64,000 nt of DNA from a virus (Duplodnaviria; Caudoviricetes): IMG/VR virus record IMGVR_UViG_3300030098_005649, one strand, 5' to 3'. This document shows positions 59,248 through 64,000 of this stretch, in pieces (within the stretch, counting starts at the first letter, position 1; each line of letters opens with the position of its first letter). Position numbers and translations under genes: made by a program. The notes under the pieces were generated by a model. That model searched no databases and was not told the origin of the DNA. It saw only the letters and a list, made by a program, of their open reading frames with translations.

Positions 59248-59758
59248 ACCAATACCAAAAGGTAGGATAGAATGGGCAATAGAGAATTCTGTGTCGATGA
59301 AATCTGCTGCTCGATTGTTGGGTGTAAATTATAATACATTCAAAAAGTATGCCAAATTATATGATGTGTTCAATCCAAAACCAGATAGAAGTGGAATACC
59401 CTCGACAGGAAATAGTGGATGGAATGCTGGTGGGGCTAAATTAGAAGATTTATTGGGTGGTAAACATCCAAATTATCCACATTGGAAACTACAAGAAAGA
59501 CTTATCAAAGAGGGATATATAAAACAAGAGTGCAGTAATTGTGGGTATGATGAGGTAAGACCACAAGACTATCAAGGGCCATATTTATTGAATTTTCTTG
59601 ATGGTGATGGAAAGAATCATAAGTTAGAGAACCTATCACTATTATGTTATAATTGTTTCTTTCTAATGAAACCTGCAGGTAAGGTATTATCCACACCAAA
59701 AAATATTGTCCACTTACGAAATAAATTGATGAAGGCTTTTGACGAAGATTCTAATTAG
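59189..59758 (+). CDS. HTH plus HNH-like zinc-binding protein (catalytic His residues replaced)
   Basis: SMKSAARLLGVNYNTFKKYA (HTH); CSNC...LNFLDG..N..LENL.LLCYNC. Confidence 0.65.
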   Translation: MGKKINISSLGTPKNPFRSKPIPKGRIEWAIENSVSMKSAARLLGVNYNTFKKYAKLYDVFNPKPDRSGIPSTGNSGWNAGGAKLEDLLGGKHPNYPHWKLQERLIKEGYIKQECSNCGYDEVRPQDYQGPYLLNFLDGDGKNHKLENLSLLCYNCFFLMKPAGKVLSTPKNIVHLRNKLMKAFDEDSN

Positions 59759-59802
59759 GTTATATTTATATAAGAATACAACAACTTATTTAGGAGAAAA
59801 TA

Positions 59803-60090
59803 ATGTCCACACCAACAAATACAGGCGGAATCGTAGGAAGAGGTAGAAGAACTTTTGGAGACCCAGCAGGTGAATTCAATCAAACCGTAACAGTAGAAGG
59901 AAACTATGAGGCCACAGGTTCTAACGACTTAGGTTGGAGTGCATTGGTGGTCAAGACTGCAGGTAATGCAGTATTACATACACATAATGGTAGTATCGCA
60001 GCTTCAGACCTATCTGCTGGAGTTATCTATCCAATAGGAATAAAAAGAGTTGCAACAACCAATGGTAAGATTATATTACTGAAAAAGTAG
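59803..60090 (+). CDS. probable late/structural small protein
   Basis: preceded by TATTTATA (59763) and an AGGAG RBS; beta-rich 95 aa. Confidence 0.5.
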   Translation: MSTPTNTGGIVGRGRRTFGDPAGEFNQTVTVEGNYEATGSNDLGWSALVVKTAGNAVLHTHNGSIAASDLSAGVIYPIGIKRVATTNGKIILLKK

Positions 60091-60100
60091 GTGAACTAAA

Positions 60101-61042
60101 ATGGTAAAACTAAAAAATTTAATCAACGAAGAAGAAACATTCAAACTCAAGAAAAAAGACGGTGGGAATATTGTTGTATTCAAGAATAAAGACAATTATG
60201 AAAAGGCCCTAAAGTCTGGTGAGTATATAGACCCAATAAACAAAGGTGATGATTCACTTGGTGGTAAAGATGATGAGAAAGGTTCTACTGCAACAGCTTC
60301 AGACTTCGACATTGATAAAAGATTAGGAAAAGATAAAGAGGATTCGGATGATAGTGATCCTTCATATGGTAAATGGGATGATATGGAAGACAGAATGTTT
60401 TCTCCAGATGATTTTGATACTTGGTTGGAAGATAGTGATATAAAATTGAGTAAAGACGATGACCAAAAAATTATGGACTTGATGTCTAATTGGTATGACT
60501 TGGATGGTGACTTACAACAAGCAGAAATGGAATTTGAAATGGGTGATGACGAAGATGGAGATGCAGAATATCAAATGGATATGATAAAGGATGAGTTAGA
60601 TATTACCAAGGCAGATATTAGAAGAATAATGATGAAGTATAAGGACGATGCAGAAAAAGAGAAGGACTCAGATGATGGTATGTCTATGAGTTCAGAAGAA
60701 GGTATCAAGAATGACTTAGACCAACTCAGAGATAAAATCAAGGTACGAGGAGATAAACAAATTCGTAATGGTGAGGTCTTTAGACAACTGGCACAAGATG
60801 TTGAGGACGAATATGGAGAAGAGGCTGGTATAAAGAGTGTTGAGGATTTACGATATATATCTTACGATATAGCCAGTCAAGGTATAGAAAACACGGAAGA
60901 GATGTTGAAAAAAGTACTTGATAATTTGGAATTAGAGTTACAAAGATATAATTCTGATATATTCCAATCGGTACCAGGTCGTGACCCAAAAGAAAGTTAT
61001 CGGACAATAAAAGAACAATTCAATCGAATAAAGAGGAAATAA
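60101..61042 (+). CDS. acidic probable internal head protein
   Basis: N-terminus MVKLKNLINEE; very Asp/Glu-rich; shares a DFDxDKxL motif with 10068-12260. Confidence 0.45.
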   Translation: MVKLKNLINEEETFKLKKKDGGNIVVFKNKDNYEKALKSGEYIDPINKGDDSLGGKDDEKGSTATASDFDIDKRLGKDKEDSDDSDPSYGKWDDMEDRMFSPDDFDTWLEDSDIKLSKDDDQKIMDLMSNWYDLDGDLQQAEMEFEMGDDEDGDAEYQMDMIKDELDITKADIRRIMMKYKDDAEKEKDSDDGMSMSSEEGIKNDLDQLRDKIKVRGDKQIRNGEVFRQLAQDVEDEYGEEAGIKSVEDLRYISYDIASQGIENTEEMLKKVLDNLELELQRYNSDIFQSVPGRDPKESYRTIKEQFNRIKRK

Positions 61043-61043
61043 A

Positions 61044-61274
61044 ATGGCACTAATAGATTCAATCAAAGGAAGAGAAGTACCTAAACCCAATAAAGGACCA
61101 CAAGGTAATATTCCACTAAATTCACCAAATGGTGCAGGAATCAACCAAGTTCCACTTTCATCAAGAATCATAGGTGGGGCAAAAGATGTCGTTCCAATGG
61201 GTAGTCCAATAGGAAGACATAAAGAATCTCCTGTTTCTATTGTAAAGAAATCACCATTGGCAGGAGTGAAATAA
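61044..61274 (+). CDS. Pro/Gly-rich small hypothetical protein
   Basis: 76 aa coupled ORF. Confidence 0.55.
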   Translation: MALIDSIKGREVPKPNKGPQGNIPLNSPNGAGINQVPLSSRIIGGAKDVVPMGSPIGRHKESPVSIVKKSPLAGVK

Positions 61275-61275
61275 A

Positions 61276-61557
61276 ATGAATCAAGCTGATAGAAAAGAGT
61301 TTGACCTTATTCACGAAAAGATAGACACCATAAAAAAGAGTATAGATGATATGAAACACGATATGTCTATGGCTCACGGAAAGACAGACGCAGGTCTATC
61401 ATTCCTAAAAGAAAACCTATTCAATCCACACGAAGGATTATGGGCAGAAACCAAACAGAATACCCAATTCAGACAGAACTCTCAGAAATGGAGAGGAGTT
61501 ATAGGAGTTGGTTTCGTAGGTCTTGTAATAGACAAAGTTTGGAAGTTATTTCAGTAG
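61276..61557 (+). CDS. coiled-coil protein with C-terminal hydrophobic helix (holin/XhlA-like)
   Basis: heptad-like N-terminal half; WRGVIGVGFVGLVIDKVWKLF. Confidence 0.45.
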   Translation: MNQADRKEFDLIHEKIDTIKKSIDDMKHDMSMAHGKTDAGLSFLKENLFNPHEGLWAETKQNTQFRQNSQKWRGVIGVGFVGLVIDKVWKLFQ

Positions 61558-61603
61558 AAAAAATCTATTCTACAATCACAACAACATATTTATAATCGAA
61601 GAT

Positions 61604-61672
61604 TAAATACGCCTATCGAGGTGGTTATCGGAACGAGTAAATACGCCTATCACCACATCTCACGATAGGACG
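61604..61672 (+). repeat. 14-bp direct repeat TAAATACGCCTATC x2 with a downstream complement (CGATAGG)
   Basis: copies at 61604-17 and 61638-51; GATAGG at 61664-69. Confidence 0.85.
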
Positions 61673-61710
61673 AAATCAAAGATTTCTCCAAAAGACGAAA
61701 GGAGTTCCAT

Positions 61711-62394
61711 ATGGATTCAAATGATAATAGGAATTGGGCGGGTGGTCGATTCCGTGATAACAATGATAAGTTTGACCCGAATAAATTTTATATGATGAGA
61801 GGACACACCTTGAGAACCGTGTTGAATTGCATCGAGGAGTTGAAGCGTGGAGTAGATAGAAAGGTTACGGGTAAGGATGATGGCAAGGATGATGTGATAA
61901 ATCGTGATAGAAGTAGGTGGACGGAAAAGGATTATGAGAGTGTGAATTATTTCTTCAATGCCTTGATAGTCGAGATAATAGACTTGATGGAAAACCCAAT
62001 CAACTCCTATAGTGAGGATGAATTGCGTTGGATATATTCAAGGAAAAGAAGGGCTCAAAATCTATTCAAGGATGAAATGGATGATGCATTGAATAAGAAG
62101 AAATCCTTAGATGATATACGAGAGAAAATCCTCGGAATATCACCAAAGGAGGGCAATCAAATACTATCGGACTTCGAGAAACTTCAAGAGTGGTTGAATC
62201 AATTGGGACGAGAAATCATCCAAGACAATAAGGCCAAGGAAGAGGCTCGTAAGAATAAAAACAATTCAAAAAATAAAAATACCAAGAAAGAAAAACTCAA
62301 ACCCAAACCCATCGAGGAAGATGAGTTTATTGACTTTTTATTGGATATGGGTGTGGTGCCGAGTCGTGATGAGGGCGGTACGGATGATGAATAG
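61711..62394 (+). CDS. hypothetical protein
   Basis: AAAGGAG RBS; 227 aa helical and charged. Confidence 0.65.
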   Translation: MDSNDNRNWAGGRFRDNNDKFDPNKFYMMRGHTLRTVLNCIEELKRGVDRKVTGKDDGKDDVINRDRSRWTEKDYESVNYFFNALIVEIIDLMENPINSYSEDELRWIYSRKRRAQNLFKDEMDDALNKKKSLDDIREKILGISPKEGNQILSDFEKLQEWLNQLGREIIQDNKAKEEARKNKNNSKNKNTKKEKLKPKPIEEDEFIDFLLDMGVVPSRDEGGTDDE

Positions 62395-62914
62395 ATTGAG
62401 GAATATTTCTATCGGTATATTTATTGTATATGAACGAGTGGGAAGCCTTGTTTATAATTTTTTGTGTCGTGGTCGTGATAAAGTGTTTTCACTATATACG
62501 AACACACAAGTAACGACAAGTCCAAAGAATAAACGATTTAGGCCACACGATATTGAGGATTCAATAATGGATGATGAGGAATTGAATGAGATACCTGCCA
62601 GTTCCTTTCATCACCAAGTCACAACATATGAGGAAGATTTTATGGAAGAAAATTACCAAGAGGAGATTGTGTATAATAAGGACTACAATCAGGTGATGAT
62701 AAAGAGTTATGGGAATAAGATTTATATCATATGTAAGGAATCAAAGGAACAACAAGTTATAGAGCGTATGAGTACTCCTACTTGTATATTATCAGAGTAT
62801 AAGGAATGGAGTTCTGAGAGAGGAATGGAAAAGCGTAGTCTATTGGTTTTTCAGGTAATGGATGAGATAGATGAGATGGAAGGGAATACGGAACTATGGG
62901 ACTTGAAGAACTAA
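62384..62914 (+). CDS. acidic hypothetical protein
   Basis: start moved to ATG 62384/62387, overlapping the upstream stop. Confidence 0.55.
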   Translation: MMNRLRNISIGIFIVYERVGSLVYNFLCRGRDKVFSLYTNTQVTTSPKNKRFRPHDIEDSIMDDEELNEIPASSFHHQVTTYEEDFMEENYQEEIVYNKDYNQVMIKSYGNKIYIICKESKEQQVIERMSTPTCILSEYKEWSSERGMEKRSLLVFQVMDEIDEMEGNTELWDLKN

Positions 62915-63183
62915 ACTACTTGATAAACTCTGATACTGAGAATACAAGTAAGTTATCAAAGAAAATAAAAGAGATAAAAAAGATTATACAAAGACCTGAA
63001 ATGGTGTATGGACACGGACTCGTCCCGCGAAAAGAGTATGATAAACTTGACCAAAAGGTCAAGGATTTACAACAAGAATTACTAAAAATAAAAGACCATT
63101 TGAACCTATTATCCAATACAGATAGGTTGAATCTTCGTTCCAATGGTCGAGAGAATAAACACGATAACGATAACACACCTTAG
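62896..63183 (+). CDS. small coiled-coil hypothetical protein
   Basis: 95 aa coupled ORF. Confidence 0.55.
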   Translation: MGLEELNYLINSDTENTSKLSKKIKEIKKIIQRPEMVYGHGLVPRKEYDKLDQKVKDLQQELLKIKDHLNLLSNTDRLNLRSNGRENKHDNDNTP

Positions 63184-63273
63184 TTTATATTACACATAAT
63201 AACCCATTTTTACCCACTTTATATACTTTACCCCAAGATTCACACTCATATCTTGGGTGTCACATTATCAAAT

Positions 63274-63302
63274 ATAATACATCCATCTCGCCCGAATGTC
63301 AA
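63274..63302 (-). promoter_or_regulatory. leftward sigma70-type promoter
   Basis: minus strand GC-TTGACA-17 nt-TATTAT. Confidence 0.6.
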
Positions 63303-63366
63303 GCATTTTCTGAGAACTTTTTCACACTTTTTTAAGTAATAAAGTAAAAAAAAATGAAAAAAACGC

Positions 63367-63396
63367 TTGACATATATGGTGTTTTATTCGTATATT
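63367..63396 (+). promoter_or_regulatory. sigma70-type early promoter
   Basis: TTGACA-18 nt-TATATT. Confidence 0.75.
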
Positions 63397-63419
63397 ATAC
63401 TATAACAAAAGGAGATATA

Positions 63420-63599
63420 ATGAACAACTTAGACAATCAAACCACAAGACCCAAGACAGGCGTGATAAGACAGATGAAGGTTATCAAGGGTAACCAACTC
63501 ATATCTTATCTTATGTATCAGTTCGACTACACTCGTAAACAGGCTGAGTTTATGGAATCAAGGATGCCTGGTGGGTTTGAAGTACAGGTTATCTATTAA
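63420..63599 (+). CDS. small early hypothetical protein
   Basis: start moved to ATG 63420 behind AAGGAG. Confidence 0.6.
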   Translation: MNNLDNQTTRPKTGVIRQMKVIKGNQLISYLMYQFDYTRKQAEFMESRMPGGFEVQVIY

Positions 63600-63608
63600 T
63601 TTTTTTAC

Positions 63609-63647
63609 AAAAAGTGCTTGACTTATATACTATATTATGTGTATATT
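63609..63647 (+). promoter_or_regulatory. sigma70-type early promoter
   Basis: aaaaagtgc-TTGACT-18 nt-TATATT. Confidence 0.75.
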
Positions 63648-63673
63648 AGGGTATGATAAACAAGGAATATAAT

Positions 63674-63979
63674 ATGAATTTAGTTACCGAAGATAAAGTA
63701 GTCCTCAAGAGTGTGGGCTGTGTATTCGATAGAAAACAAGGTATTACCTATCCTATAATGACGGATGACACGATTGATTGGGATGGTGGTGTTGATGTGA
63801 TGGTCACGGATTGTGAGTGGTTTAGAGCCCTTTCTCCGAAAGATTTCACCATAGTAGAAAAGTATTTTACTGACGAGGAATTAGATATACGGGCTATGAT
63901 GGATAACAATTACTTGGAAACCTATTGTGAGGAGAATCCTGACTTCGTAGATGGGTTTGATAATTGGGATACTTTCTAA
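63674..63979 (+). CDS. small acidic early hypothetical protein
   Basis: start moved to ATG 63674 behind AAGGA. Confidence 0.6.
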   Translation: MNLVTEDKVVLKSVGCVFDRKQGITYPIMTDDTIDWDGGVDVMVTDCEWFRALSPKDFTIVEKYFTDEELDIRAMMDNNYLETYCEENPDFVDGFDNWDTF

Positions 63980-64000
63980 AAAAAGTGCTTGACTTTATCA
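63980..64000 (+). promoter_or_regulatory. start of another early promoter (cut off by the window end)
   Basis: aaaaagtgc-TTGACT at 63989. Confidence 0.6.

Noticed and set aside
61625-61680. Hammerhead ribozyme (GACGAAA is present)
   Set aside because: No CUGANGA core at the required position.
709-63176. Minus-strand and alternate-frame ORFs in the supplied track (e.g. 27730-28176, 18163-18591, 46846-47214, 62916-63176)
   Set aside because: All lie inside longer, motif-bearing + strand genes, lack RBSs and have the biased composition of shadow ORFs.
22822-63674. Track starts such as MINKE... (22822, 63653), MLDTY... (23418) and MKKTLDI... (63354)
   Set aside because: These upstream ATGs fall inside promoter sequence; downstream ATGs have properly spaced RBSs.
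1-64000. Stop-codon reassignment, as seen in some large phages
   Set aside because: TAA, TGA and TAG all end full-length conserved genes that are followed by a new RBS and start; no fragmented core genes.
1-64000. tRNA, rRNA, CRISPR array, integrase or transposase
   Set aside because: No cloverleaf with T-loop, no regularly spaced repeat array and no recombinase motifs seen; the Cas4-like nuclease at 34431 has no cas neighbours.
1-64000. A single 'SC' (GC plus second C of CC) modification explaining all the flank rules
   Set aside because: It would also protect CCATG/CATGG and CCTAG/CTAGG, yet these were not found unless a GC context was also present.

Overview
A 64 kb segment of a large, AT-rich (roughly 30% GC by eye) tailed dsDNA phage, probably marine, with about 80 tightly packed genes, all on the + strand, in the standard genetic code. 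It carries a T4-like replication set (gp32-like SSB, RecA/UvsX, flap/5'-3' exonuclease, DnaB-type helicase, family-B polymerase, sliding clamp, clamp loader), ThyX, class II RNR (NrdJ), a complete TonB-dependent receptor, a putative restriction-modification pair, three paralogous SPPY-type DNA methyltransferases, a degenerate PolA-like protein and probable head-packaged proteins. It also has a ~21 kb glycan cluster (about 10 glycosyltransferase-like genes, rare deoxy/amino/C-methyl sugar enzymes, a sulfotransferase). The strongest unexplained signal is compositional. By eye, every CTAG (11/11) and CATG (12/12) has a 5' G on one strand, 13 of 16 GATC sites are GGATC/GATCC, TTAA is heavily depleted, and ACGT, CCGG and GCGC were not found. 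I infer that restriction sites were purged unless masked by the phage's own short-motif (GC-type and CC-type) methylation. Other candidates are an H-type pseudoknot in the TBDR leader, a two-state RNA leader at 61.6 kb, and a leftward promoter with no convincing gene. All motif counts were made by eye and need computational confirmation; all product calls come from motif recognition, not database searches.
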